Shown here one piece after another: positions 8,173 through 16,030 of a stretch of 20,230 bases of DNA. Each line of letters begins with the position of its first letter. Within the stretch, counting starts at the first letter, position 1. The DNA is from Verrucomicrobiota bacterium. Lineage in GTDB: Bacteria; Verrucomicrobiota; Verrucomicrobiia; Limisphaerales; CANJSG01. Made by a program: the position numbers and the translations under genes. The stretch lies in NCBI GenBank assembly GCA_038209745.1, contig JBBQXJ010000086.1, positions 1-20,230 of the forward strand. Reading direction: 5' to 3'. The notes below the pieces were generated by a model. It was given only the letters and a program-made list of their open reading frames with translations. It had not been told where the DNA came from and ran no database searches.

Positions 8173-9983
8173 TCCGGGCCGGCGGCGGCCAGATCGATCT
8201 GGAATCCACGCTGCAACAGCGGCCGAAGCCAGGGTTCCAGCTCGGCCCACACCAGCTTTGAATCGCACTGGACCAGGGTTTGGGCGGTCGACCTCACGCT
8301 CTCCATGGTCGAGGCGAGATCCGCGACAGCGGCGAATTGCCGAGCCGGTTCCGCCGCGTTCCAGAAGGTCGCTTTCCCATCGGCGATCCGGAAGCGCAGT
8401 TCGGCTTTCGGCACTTCCTTCGGAAACGAGATCGTGCCGGCCACGACGTTCGTCGGCGCGTCGGTGATGAAGCGGGGCGCGGTCGCGAGATCGTCGCTGG
8501 CGGCCTCGATGGCGCGGGCCGCGTTGATCAGATCGGCGACGGTGGTGGCGGGAAGGGGATGGAGGTTGATCGCGATCTCGAGGCCCAGATGGCGGCGGAC
8601 AGAGGTCACGGCGGTGAGCTGCTCGGCCGGCGAACCCTGCGCGCACCGCAGCACCGCAGGCTCGGTGAAACGCCAATCACCGCCCGGCAACGCCTCGGCC
8701 TGCAGGGTCGCGCGGCCGGTGCGGGTGGGCAGATCGGCGAGGCAATCGGCCAGCAGCAGATCGTGCCGGAGCCGCACGGCTTTGGCGGAAAGATCGTTCG
8801 TGGGAATCTGCGACAACTGCGGGCTGAGCGAGGCGAGGTATTGGCGAAGCCGTCTGAGCGGAGCGTTGCGGGCACCGACCAAGCGCCCGTCGGCGGCGGC
8901 TCCGAGCAGGCCGGTCACTTCACCGGTTCCCGGATTCCACGTCACGGGATGGAGCGTGGAAGGAACGCGGGGTTTTCCGTCGCGTTCCGGGAAATCGATG
9001 AACACGCCGTAGTCGCCGAGCGGTGCGCTGTTCAGGTCGTCCACCGATACGGGAAACGCTTCGGTCACCGTTGCTCCGGGCCCGATGGTCAGTTCCTTGG
9101 CGGCGACGTCCGGTTTGGTGGGAGAACGGAAGATGCGGAGGCCTGCGTGATCGACGAGCCACAGATCGCCGTCGAGCGGCCAATGCAGGGACAGCGGCCG
9201 GGGGGAAGCATTGTGGATCCGCACTTCGAACGTGGCGGGGCCGACCGGAGGAAGAGCGTCCGGTCCTGTGACCGTCGCTTCGAGGCCACGGTCGAGGGAG
9301 CGTTGCTGCCGCTGCGCGAGGTAGTCGGGCACGGTGAGCAGGGCGATGGTGGTCGGAGGAGTGACGGCCAGGTCGCGCCAGAGAGCGATCGACGCCGGCA
9401 CCGGCGGCCGTTGTCCCTCGACTACGCCCACATAGCGGCCGGTAATCTCGTAACGGCCGGAGTTCGTCAGGAAAGCCCAGTCCGCCAACATCGATTCGAA
9501 CTGTTGTTCGTCGGTCGGGCCGATGATCGCGGGTTTGGCGAACTGATGGGCGGTGCCGGGCCCGGGGGGAGTGGTCGGCATCGCCTGGCCGTCGTGTCGG
9601 ATGTCGAGGCGGCCATTGAGGCGGCAGCAGGCTTCCCAGACGAAGGCGAGGGGTTTGGCCGTCGAGTTGGTGAAGTGCCAGACCAGTGGAATGGGGTCGC
9701 CGATCACGTGGGTTCCCTCCGACGGCAGTTCCAATCGAGCCGAGACGTCGGCGGCGCGGATGACTGTGGAGAGGAACAGGACGACGAGAAATGGCGAAAC
9801 TGTGGGACTGAAGACCCAACGCGGAACATCAAACACCCAACGTTCAAAGAACCCACCCCTGACCCCTCCCAGGAGGGGAACTCGCGCAGCGCCCGAGAAC
9901 GTTCTCCACGGCTTGATGAATCCCCTCCTGGGAGGGGTCAGGGGTGGGTCCGCCACGATGCCGGTCAGGGCCGCGACAGTCAC
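8157..9983 (-). CDS. Hypothetical exported/membrane-anchored multi-domain protein (two Ig-like repeats, possible ExbD/TolR-like C-terminal domains)
   Basis: Long GC3-biased ORF. Likely start GTG 9983 overlaps the upstream TGA (GTGA) and follows GGAGG; alternative GTG 9836. Hydrophobic stretch FLVVLFLSTVIRAA precedes the mature region. Confidence 0.75.
   Translation of the reverse strand: MTVAALTGIVADPPLTPPRRGFIKPWRTFSGAARVPLLGGVRGGFFERWVFDVPRWVFSPTVSPFLVVLFLSTVIRAADVSARLELPSEGTHVIGDPIPLVWHFTNSTAKPLAFVWEACCRLNGRLDIRHDGQAMPTTPPGPGTAHQFAKPAIIGPTDEQQFESMLADWAFLTNSGRYEITGRYVGVVEGQRPPVPASIALWRDLAVTPPTTIALLTVPDYLAQRQQRSLDRGLEATVTGPDALPPVGPATFEVRIHNASPRPLSLHWPLDGDLWLVDHAGLRIFRSPTKPDVAAKELTIGPGATVTEAFPVSVDDLNSAPLGDYGVFIDFPERDGKPRVPSTLHPVTWNPGTGEVTGLLGAAADGRLVGARNAPLRRLRQYLASLSPQLSQIPTNDLSAKAVRLRHDLLLADCLADLPTRTGRATLQAEALPGGDWRFTEPAVLRCAQGSPAEQLTAVTSVRRHLGLEIAINLHPLPATTVADLINAARAIEAASDDLATAPRFITDAPTNVVAGTISFPKEVPKAELRFRIADGKATFWNAAEPARQFAAVADLASTMESVRSTAQTLVQCDSKLVWAELEPWLRPLLQRGFQIDLAAAGPDQKAQ
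9817..9847. repeat. Degenerate heptamer tandem repeat
   Basis: caacgcg-gaacatc-aaacacc-caacgtt-caa, with AAC recurring every 7 nt. Confidence 0.5.
9851..9949. repeat. REPIN/MITE-like palindromic element with perfect 29-bp inverted arms
   Basis: 9851-9879 acccacccctgacccctcccaggagggga is the exact reverse complement of 9921-9949. Each arm has its own hairpin (cccctcc-ca-ggagggg). A 12-bp palindrome gagaacgttctc sits at 9895-9906. Confidence 0.92.
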
Positions 9984-10609
9984 TCCGCCTCCCTCACCAC
10001 GAGGTCGTCGAACCGGATGGGCGTGCCGGAAAAGGGCATGCCCCAAACGCCGGCCTTGCCCGGTGGCGGCGGGGTGGCGACGTCCATCGTGAGCGTCCAG
10101 TCCTTCGGCTCCGTGTCGCCCTGCCAGACCTTGCCCTCGATCTTGAATCCATCGGCTGCTTTCACGCCGCGCAGCTTGAGCGAGGTCCATTCGCCGCTCT
10201 TCCAGTCGAAGGGGACGGATTTTTGGGTCGCGTCGGCTTTGACGATTTCCACGGCGCCTTTGGCCGGGGCGACCTTGAGCCGGTAGCCGCCCACGCCATT
10301 TAGGCTGACGGCGAACGCGGGAAATTTGCGGCCTTTCTTGGTCGCGAAGATGCGGGCCGTGACCTCCGTGTTGTCCGGGCGGCTTGGGCCGAACAGGGTG
10401 CCGAAGGTGTCGAGCGGAGACCCGGGCAGCTCGAGCGCCTTCTTCCCGTCCTCGGCCTTCACCGTGAAGTTGCCATCGATCACGAGAAGCCCGTCCGGCA
10501 CCGAGCCGGCTTCGGCGGACTCGAAGTTCTGTTGGTAGAGCGGCTCGGAGGCGAACGCGGAAACCGCGACGCAGACCAAGCCAATGCTGAGACGGAGTGC
10601 TTGCTTCAT
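9980..10609 (-). CDS. Hypothetical exported protein, predicted beta-sandwich (ConA/LamG-like)
   Basis: ATG 10609 gives signal peptide MKQALRLSIGLVCVAVSAFA. Beta-rich mature part ends with IEGKVW...EPKDW...GKAGVWG...IRFDDLVV. Confidence 0.8.
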   Translation of the reverse strand: MKQALRLSIGLVCVAVSAFASEPLYQQNFESAEAGSVPDGLLVIDGNFTVKAEDGKKALELPGSPLDTFGTLFGPSRPDNTEVTARIFATKKGRKFPAFAVSLNGVGGYRLKVAPAKGAVEIVKADATQKSVPFDWKSGEWTSLKLRGVKAADGFKIEGKVWQGDTEPKDWTLTMDVATPPPPGKAGVWGMPFSGTPIRFDDLVVREAE

Positions 10610-10624
10610 GGTAAAAAATCTTTG

Positions 10625-10929
10625 ACCGCAGAAGACGCGGAACACGCAGAAATCCGAACGACGATTCAATCGAAGAAGTCGCGAGTGGCTTTCATAAATT
10701 CATCCACGCCTTGGCCCAGCCCACTTGGGAGCTCGGCCATCTTTTCAGGGTGAAGCGTCAGCGCCATCATTGGGGTTCCTGCAGCCAGAACGATCCACGC
10801 GAGGCGCCTCGTGGGCATCTCATCCATGATCGCGCCGAAGACCGGTCCAACGGGGACCAACAAGAGGGTCAGACTCAGGGCTTTCCGGGTCATGGTTTGT
10901 TGTTCTGCGTGGTCCGCGTTTTCTGCGGT
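10625..10929. mobile_element. Putative small element bounded by 27-bp inverted arms made of three 9-mer units
   Basis: Left arm 10625-10651 accgcagaagacgcggaacacgcagaa. Right arm 10903-10929 reverse-complements to accgcagaaaacgcggaccacgcagaa (25/27 identical). The arms enclose exactly one small ORF. Mobility is inferred. Confidence 0.65.
10666..10893 (-). CDS. Small membrane protein with degenerate TatA/E-like C-terminus (possibly pseudogene)
   Basis: 75 aa. Hydrophobic segments are followed by PEKMAELPSGLGQGVDEFMKATRD, resembling the TatA amphipathic helix (KKLPELAKGLGQGIKEFKKAT). The FG hinge is absent. Confidence 0.55.
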   Translation of the reverse strand: MTRKALSLTLLLVPVGPVFGAIMDEMPTRRLAWIVLAAGTPMMALTLHPEKMAELPSGLGQGVDEFMKATRDFFD

Positions 10930-10936
10930 TCACTCT

Positions 10937-13900
10937 TCACTGGTTTCTCAAAGCTTCCAATAGCTGGCCGCGCATGGCGAACCGCGTGGCCAGCCAGGTC
11001 CAGAGGAAGCCGTTGGCCACGATGGCCAGCAGCGTCAGCCCGAGCGTCAGCCATGGCATCTCCGATCCGGGCCGCATTGCGGGCAACACGGCGATCAAGG
11101 CGGCGACGATGCCGAGGCCGAGGCCCGCCCACAGCAGAGTGACGTGTTCGCGGAGCACCAGTCCGCGCACCTTGGCGCGGCTGAAGCCGACGGCCTGCAT
11201 CACCGCCAGTTCGGCTCGGCGTTCCAGCACGTTGCGCAAGACCACGACGCCCAAGCCCGCGCTGCCGAGCAGCAGGCCGAGTCCGCCGAGGATCTGGAAG
11301 GTGCCGAGATAGGTGTTCTGCACGGCGTTGAACCGGTTCAGGCGGGTGACGGTCGGCGTGAGTTCCAGTCCATAGTCCTGGAGCGCCCGGGACAGCGTGG
11401 CCGACACGTTCGTCGCAGTGTCCGTCGGCGCGTCGACCAGGAACATTCGATGGCCGGCGATGGAGGGGAACCGCGCTTTGAACGCCGCTTCATCGATGAG
11501 GAGTTGGCCCTGGAGGATGGAGTTGGCCACCGCGCCGACGATGCGGACCTTGAACGGCTGTCCGCGCTCGTCCACGTAGTCGAGGGTGTCGCCGACGCTC
11601 TTGCCCATGGCCCACTGGATGGAGTTGGCGTCGCCGATGGCGGGGATCACCGGGACGCGCGATGGAGTGTAGGAGTGCTGGGGTGCTGGAGTGCTGGAGT
11701 TCTCCAAAACTCCATCGTTCCATGATTCCGTGCTGAGCCCCAACCAGCCGTTGGTCCGGCTAAACCCCTTGATCATCGAAGCGAACGAGAAAGCCCCGCG
11801 ACGCGCCAGCAGCTCGGGATTCACGCCGAGCAGACGCGGCCGTTGCGCGCGGCCGAGATTGAGGCAGCTCGCTTCGTCGCCGTCTTTCACCCGCATAGGG
11901 ACGAACGAGACGCCTGCCAGTCCCTTGTCGGGCAGGTTCAGGTTTTCGCGGCCGCGCGTGGTGTTGGGATCGTCGACGATAGGCAGGGAACTTTCGCCGA
12001 GGAACGCGAAGCCACCGGTGCCCGAGGAGCGTTTGGTCGCGTCGAGATGGGCATCGAGACGGTTCGCGCCGACGGCCACGATGAGGAAGCTGCCGGAGGC
12101 CAGGAGCGCAATGGTGGCGAGCGACCGCTTGCGGCGACGGGCGATGGAGCGGGCGGCGAGATCGGCCAGGGTGAACGCCGTAGGCCTGGCATCCCTGCCC
12201 GGCGAGTTGTTGGTGTTGGAATTCTGCGCTGAAAGGCCGGACTTGCCGGGCAGGGATGCGCGGCCTACGGACCGTTTCATCCACCAGCTTGCGAGCAGGA
12301 TCCCGCCGATGAGCAACAGGCTCCCTCCGCCAAAAAACGCTCCGGTCTGGGCTTCCTTGTCCGGCAGAACAGCCGCTGTGCCGATGGCGACAAGGGCCAG
12401 AACGATCGACGCGAGCGCAAGGCGAGGTCCCTTAGGCAGGGATGCCCGCCCTACGGGGGCGAAATCCTCCACGGAGCCTCCTTCGGCCAGCAACTCACGG
12501 GCGGGACGACGGGCTTGTTTTCGCAATGCCAACCAAAGGGTGATGCCCGCCACGACGACGCTGGAAAGCAGTCCGATCACCAGGGTCTGCGGCGTAAGAT
12601 AGAAGCCGAGGGACGCGCCGCCGATGGCGTCGTTCCAGATGGTGTTGAGCCCGCCGATCATTGCTCTGGCGTAGAAGGCGCCGCCGATCACGCCGGCCAC
12701 GCCGCCGAGGAACGCCAGCGCCAGACCTTCGCCCAGCAGCAGACGACGCACCTTTTTCGGTCTCCACCCGACGGCGAGCAGGGTGCCGATCTCCGGCGCG
12801 CGTTGTTCGAGGCCGAACTGGAAGAGCATCGACATCAGGATCAACGCGGCCGCGATGAGGAAGAAACTGAAGCCGATGAACAACCCGCCGAAGTCCTGGC
12901 CGCCGGTCGCGGCTTTGAGGGCTTCCTCGCGGATCGGTTCGAAGCGAAGGCCGACGTCCGCCGGGGAAAGATTTGCGAGAATCTCCTTCTCGATGTTGGC
13001 GCGGGCCTGGGTCGGATCGGCCCCCTCCTTCAGCATCCAGCGGACGGCGGTGAGGTTGCCCCAGCGATTGCCCCACATCTTTTGGCCGGAGGCCAGGGTC
13101 ACGAAGGCCTTGGGCGTGCCTTTGTGCTTGTTCCAATAGGTTTCGTCCTTGTCCCGGATCTTGTGGACGAGCGGAAAACCGGCGTCCCATTCCTTGGTGC
13201 TCTCGGCTTTGGCGACACCGGGAAAGTCCGGCATCAATGTGCGATCGCCGTAGATTCCGTCGAGCGGAACGATGCTGTGAACGCGGAACTCGTTGGTGCG
13301 CTCGATCAATTGGCTGGCGGAATCGGCCGTGAAATAGCGAATGGAAACGGAATCGCCGGGACGGACCCGTAGATCGTCGGCCAGCCATTGGTTGACCACG
13401 ATCTCCTCGTCCTTCATGTCGGCCGGCGTGTAGGGCGCGCCGACTCCGGTGACCATGGAATAGGGCGTCTGGTTCGTGCCGGCGGTCAGCAGATTCACCA
13501 TGTAGGTGAGGAGGGGAACTGGCGGTGAGAGGCGTGACGCGTCGTCGGCTTTGACGGTGGCTTCGACCACTGGCGGATCGAGAAACACGCGGCTGGACGA
13601 GACCTCGAGGGCTCCGGCCGCGGGAATGTTGGTGAGCACCAGACCGGCATCGTGCAGCGCGAAGTTTTCCTGCAGCTGCCGTTCGAGAGCCAGCAGCTGA
13701 TCCGCCGAATCCAGGGCGTTGGAAGCCGATCCGAAGAGAAAGCCAAAGGGGTGGCCTTGGTCTCCGGCGCCCCGTCCCGAAGCCCAACTGACGGCGCCCA
13801 CCAGCATGAGGTTGGCTCGGCCTTCTACGGAAGCTCCCTGACTCAGCTCGTCATAGCGGACAAATGCGTTCAGCGGAGCACCGGTCCCCTGTTTAAGACT

Positions 13901-14494
13901 GAAGTTTCCGCCGGCGTCCGCCTCGATGACAGCGTGGATCCGAAGCCGCAGCGCGACGGTGGCTCCATCTTTTGAGCTGATGACCGCGTCCTGGGAGAGC
14001 GCACTGGGTTTCGGAAAACGGAGCACAATGCTGTCGCCCACGGTGGCGTTGAGCTGTCGGGCCAATGCGCGGTTCAGGATCACGCTGTGGGTCGGCGGGT
14101 CCACGTGCGCCTCCGGACCGAAGCCGAGTATTTGCACGCGGTTGGCGCGGGCCGAGCCGTCCTGGTTGGCGGCTGTGCCGAGAAAAACGAGTCCGGGCGC
14201 GATCGGGTTGGAAAAGGCGGAGCTTCCGTCGGGGACGGCGATGCGCTGGGCATGGGCTGACAGCGAGAAATATTGGGAAATGCCTCTGGGGAAGAGCCGG
14301 TCCTGCGCGAAGAGCGCGTTGTGGAATCCGGCCGTTCCCTCCAGCGCCTTCGCCTTCAGGCTTTCCCGAACCGAATCCCCCACGATGAGCGCGCCGATGA
14401 GCACGGCCGAACCGATGGCCGCGCCGAGGAACGTGCCGAGGTGCGAGCGCCAATGGTGGCGCAGGCTGTTGCGAATCAGGGTCCATCCGGTCAT
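10937..14494 (-). CDS. Giant FtsX/MacB-type ABC transporter permease (duplicated domains)
   Basis: ATG 14494 (MTGWTLIRNSLRHHWRSHLG...GALIVGDSVRESL). Two FtsX signatures: EQRAPEIGTLLAVGWRPKKVRRLLLGEG and ERRAELAVMQAVGFSRAKVRGLVLREH. Multiple TM helices and two large periplasmic regions. Confidence 0.92.
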   Translation of the reverse strand: MTGWTLIRNSLRHHWRSHLGTFLGAAIGSAVLIGALIVGDSVRESLKAKALEGTAGFHNALFAQDRLFPRGISQYFSLSAHAQRIAVPDGSSAFSNPIAPGLVFLGTAANQDGSARANRVQILGFGPEAHVDPPTHSVILNRALARQLNATVGDSIVLRFPKPSALSQDAVISSKDGATVALRLRIHAVIEADAGGNFSLKQGTGAPLNAFVRYDELSQGASVEGRANLMLVGAVSWASGRGAGDQGHPFGFLFGSASNALDSADQLLALERQLQENFALHDAGLVLTNIPAAGALEVSSSRVFLDPPVVEATVKADDASRLSPPVPLLTYMVNLLTAGTNQTPYSMVTGVGAPYTPADMKDEEIVVNQWLADDLRVRPGDSVSIRYFTADSASQLIERTNEFRVHSIVPLDGIYGDRTLMPDFPGVAKAESTKEWDAGFPLVHKIRDKDETYWNKHKGTPKAFVTLASGQKMWGNRWGNLTAVRWMLKEGADPTQARANIEKEILANLSPADVGLRFEPIREEALKAATGGQDFGGLFIGFSFFLIAAALILMSMLFQFGLEQRAPEIGTLLAVGWRPKKVRRLLLGEGLALAFLGGVAGVIGGAFYARAMIGGLNTIWNDAIGGASLGFYLTPQTLVIGLLSSVVVAGITLWLALRKQARRPARELLAEGGSVEDFAPVGRASLPKGPRLALASIVLALVAIGTAAVLPDKEAQTGAFFGGGSLLLIGGILLASWWMKRSVGRASLPGKSGLSAQNSNTNNSPGRDARPTAFTLADLAARSIARRRKRSLATIALLASGSFLIVAVGANRLDAHLDATKRSSGTGGFAFLGESSLPIVDDPNTTRGRENLNLPDKGLAGVSFVPMRVKDGDEASCLNLGRAQRPRLLGVNPELLARRGAFSFASMIKGFSRTNGWLGLSTESWNDGVLENSSTPAPQHSYTPSRVPVIPAIGDANSIQWAMGKSVGDTLDYVDERGQPFKVRIVGAVANSILQGQLLIDEAAFKARFPSIAGHRMFLVDAPTDTATNVSATLSRALQDYGLELTPTVTRLNRFNAVQNTYLGTFQILGGLGLLLGSAGLGVVVLRNVLERRAELAVMQAVGFSRAKVRGLVLREHVTLLWAGLGLGIVAALIAVLPAMRPGSEMPWLTLGLTLLAIVANGFLWTWLATRFAMRGQLLEALRNQ
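11661..11732. repeat. Octamer tandem-repeat hairpin inside the permease CDS
   Basis: tggagtgt-aggagtgc-tggggtgc-tggagtgc-tggagt (11663-11700), followed by inverted units actccatc-gttccatg-attccgtg (11709-11732). Confidence 0.75.
12178..12270. repeat. GTAG-family REP doublet (REPIN) inside the permease CDS
   Basis: 12178-12207 ccgtaggcctggcatccctgcccggcgagt versus the reverse complement of 12241-12270, ccgtaggccgcgcatccctgcccggcaagt (27/30). Both carry the GTAG foot. Confidence 0.85.
12435..12456 (-). repeat. Third, single GTAG-REP copy inside the permease CDS
   Basis: Minus strand ccgtagggcgggcatccctgcc, encoding a second VGRASLP peptide. Confidence 0.8.
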
Positions 14495-14507
14495 GTCAGT
14501 GGGGCGG

Positions 14508-14536
14508 AATATGGAGGCGGTCGCCGGACGGCTCAA
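14508..14536 (-). promoter_or_regulatory. Putative sigma70 promoter of the permease operon
   Basis: TTGAGC-N17-CATATT, 13 nt upstream of ATG 14494. Confidence 0.4.
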
Positions 14537-14615
14537 CTTATGAAACAGGGCGACCCGGTTCCGGCGTCGATCCGCCCCGGCTTGTCTTCACCCGCATTCT
14601 CTGGAGACTGCCGCC

Positions 14616-15764
14616 GTGAAGGCCTCGCCGAAAGTCGCCCTGCTGATCGAAACGTCGAACTCCTACGCCCGCGGGCTTCTGTCCGGCATCGTGGCCTACG
14701 TGCGCGCCCACAAGCCGTGGTCGTTCTACCTCTCGGAGCACAACCGGGGAGACCGCCCTCCGTCTTGGCTCCGCCATTGGAAGGGCGACGGGATCATCGC
14801 GCGGATCGAGAACGAGGAGACGGCGGCGGCCCTGCGTCCGTTGAAGATCCCGATGGTCGACGTGAGCGCGGCGCGCCTCATTCCCAGTCTGCCCTGGGTG
14901 GAGACGGACGACGCGGCGATGGCGCGGGTCGCGGCGGAGCATTTTCTCGAACGCGGTTTCACGAACTTCGCGTTCTGCGGCGACGACCGGTTCGGCTGGT
15001 CCAAGACCCGGGCGATGCACTTCGAGAACACGCTGAAGAGCGCGGGCCATTCCTGCTCGGTCTTGATCCCCGTGGTCGACGAATCGGCCGGTGAGGAAAA
15101 GCTGATCGCCCAGCTGGCGGCTTGGATCAAGAAACTCCCCCGGCCGGTCGGCGTGTTGGCCTGCTACGATCCCCGCGGACAGCAGATCCTCAACGCGTGC
15201 CGTCTCCTGGAGATCCCGGTGCCGGACGAGGTGGCGGTGCTGGGGGTGGACAACGACGAGATGCTCTGCGAGCTCTCGCATCCGCCGCTTTCAAGCGTCA
15301 TTCCCAACACCCACAAGACCGGCTACGAAGCCGCCAAGCTGCTCGATGAAATGATGGGAGGTCTCCGGGTCCAGGGTGACGCCCATCTGATCCCGCCCAT
15401 CGGTGTGGCCACCCGCCAGTCGAGCGACGTGTTGGCGATCAGCGACCGGAACGTGGCGCGGGCGGTCCACTACATCCGCCTGCACGCCTGCGACGGGATC
15501 AACGTGGCGGACGTGCTCAAAGCGGTGCCGCAGGCGAGGCGGTTGCTGGAAAGCCGGTTCAAGAAATACCTCGGGCGCACGCCGCACCAGGAGATCGTCC
15601 GGGTGCAGGTCGGTCGGGTGAAACGGTTCCTGACCGAGACCGATCTGTCGCTGCGGGAGATCGCCGAGCGAACCGGTTTCACCCACGTCGAGTATCTGAG
15701 CGTGGCGTTCAAGCGCGAAGCAGGTGCGCCCCCCAGCGAGTTCCGGGCGATCCATCGCCCGTGA
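14616..15764 (+). CDS. XylR-type transcriptional regulator (LacI-like sugar-binding domain plus AraC HTH)
   Basis: VALLIETSNSYARGLLSGI, GDGIIARI, VPDEVAVLGVDND...PPLSSV, GYEAAKLLD, TRQSSDVLAI. C-terminal AraC HTH: LSLREIAERTGFTHVEYLSVAFKREAGAPPSEFR. GTG start. Confidence 0.93.
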   Translation: MKASPKVALLIETSNSYARGLLSGIVAYVRAHKPWSFYLSEHNRGDRPPSWLRHWKGDGIIARIENEETAAALRPLKIPMVDVSAARLIPSLPWVETDDAAMARVAAEHFLERGFTNFAFCGDDRFGWSKTRAMHFENTLKSAGHSCSVLIPVVDESAGEEKLIAQLAAWIKKLPRPVGVLACYDPRGQQILNACRLLEIPVPDEVAVLGVDNDEMLCELSHPPLSSVIPNTHKTGYEAAKLLDEMMGGLRVQGDAHLIPPIGVATRQSSDVLAISDRNVARAVHYIRLHACDGINVADVLKAVPQARRLLESRFKKYLGRTPHQEIVRVQVGRVKRFLTETDLSLREIAERTGFTHVEYLSVAFKREAGAPPSEFRAIHRP

Positions 15765-16030
15765 ATGTGCGCCGCGCAGAGCGGAGCGGTGGGAACAGTG
15801 GTGTGCGATTCGCCCAGTTGCTTTGCTCCAAGTCGTTTTTGCGGGGGCGTTTCCGTGGTCGAATGGATCGCAGGCCGACCGGTTCTAGCGTCGGAAATTG
15901 TTCATTCTGATTACGCGAAACCTCATGGTAACGCTGGCGTTTGCTGATACTTTTAGCTCCTAAAGCACGCCCGATCACCGAGGACCCTTGTTGTCCCGGC
16001 GTGAGGCGGTGCAGGCAAACGCAGAACCGT

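Noticed and set aside
5166..8676. Long ORFs 5166-6845 -, 6428-8209 -, 6383-7882 +, 6910-8172 +, 6982-8676 - taken at full length
   Set aside because: Only sub-segments are credible genes (LEA_2 from 6898, nadC from 7025). The extensions overlap real genes on other frames or strands.
8280..10286. 668-aa plus-strand ORF
   Set aside because: Antisense shadow of the two minus-strand genes.
10666..10893. Calling the small ORF a functional tatA serving MsrP export
   Set aside because: It lacks the conserved FG hinge, has an extra N-terminal segment and no tatC nearby. Proximity to msrP is probably coincidental.
9817..12456. Possible CRISPR array or tRNA among the repeats
   Set aside because: The repeats are inverted or short-period tandem, with no regularly spaced direct repeats plus unique spacers, no cas genes and no cloverleaf.
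15925..15955. Sigma54 promoter upstream of the prepilin gene (CTGGCGTTTGC...)
   Set aside because: The GG and GC are not separated by 10 nt.
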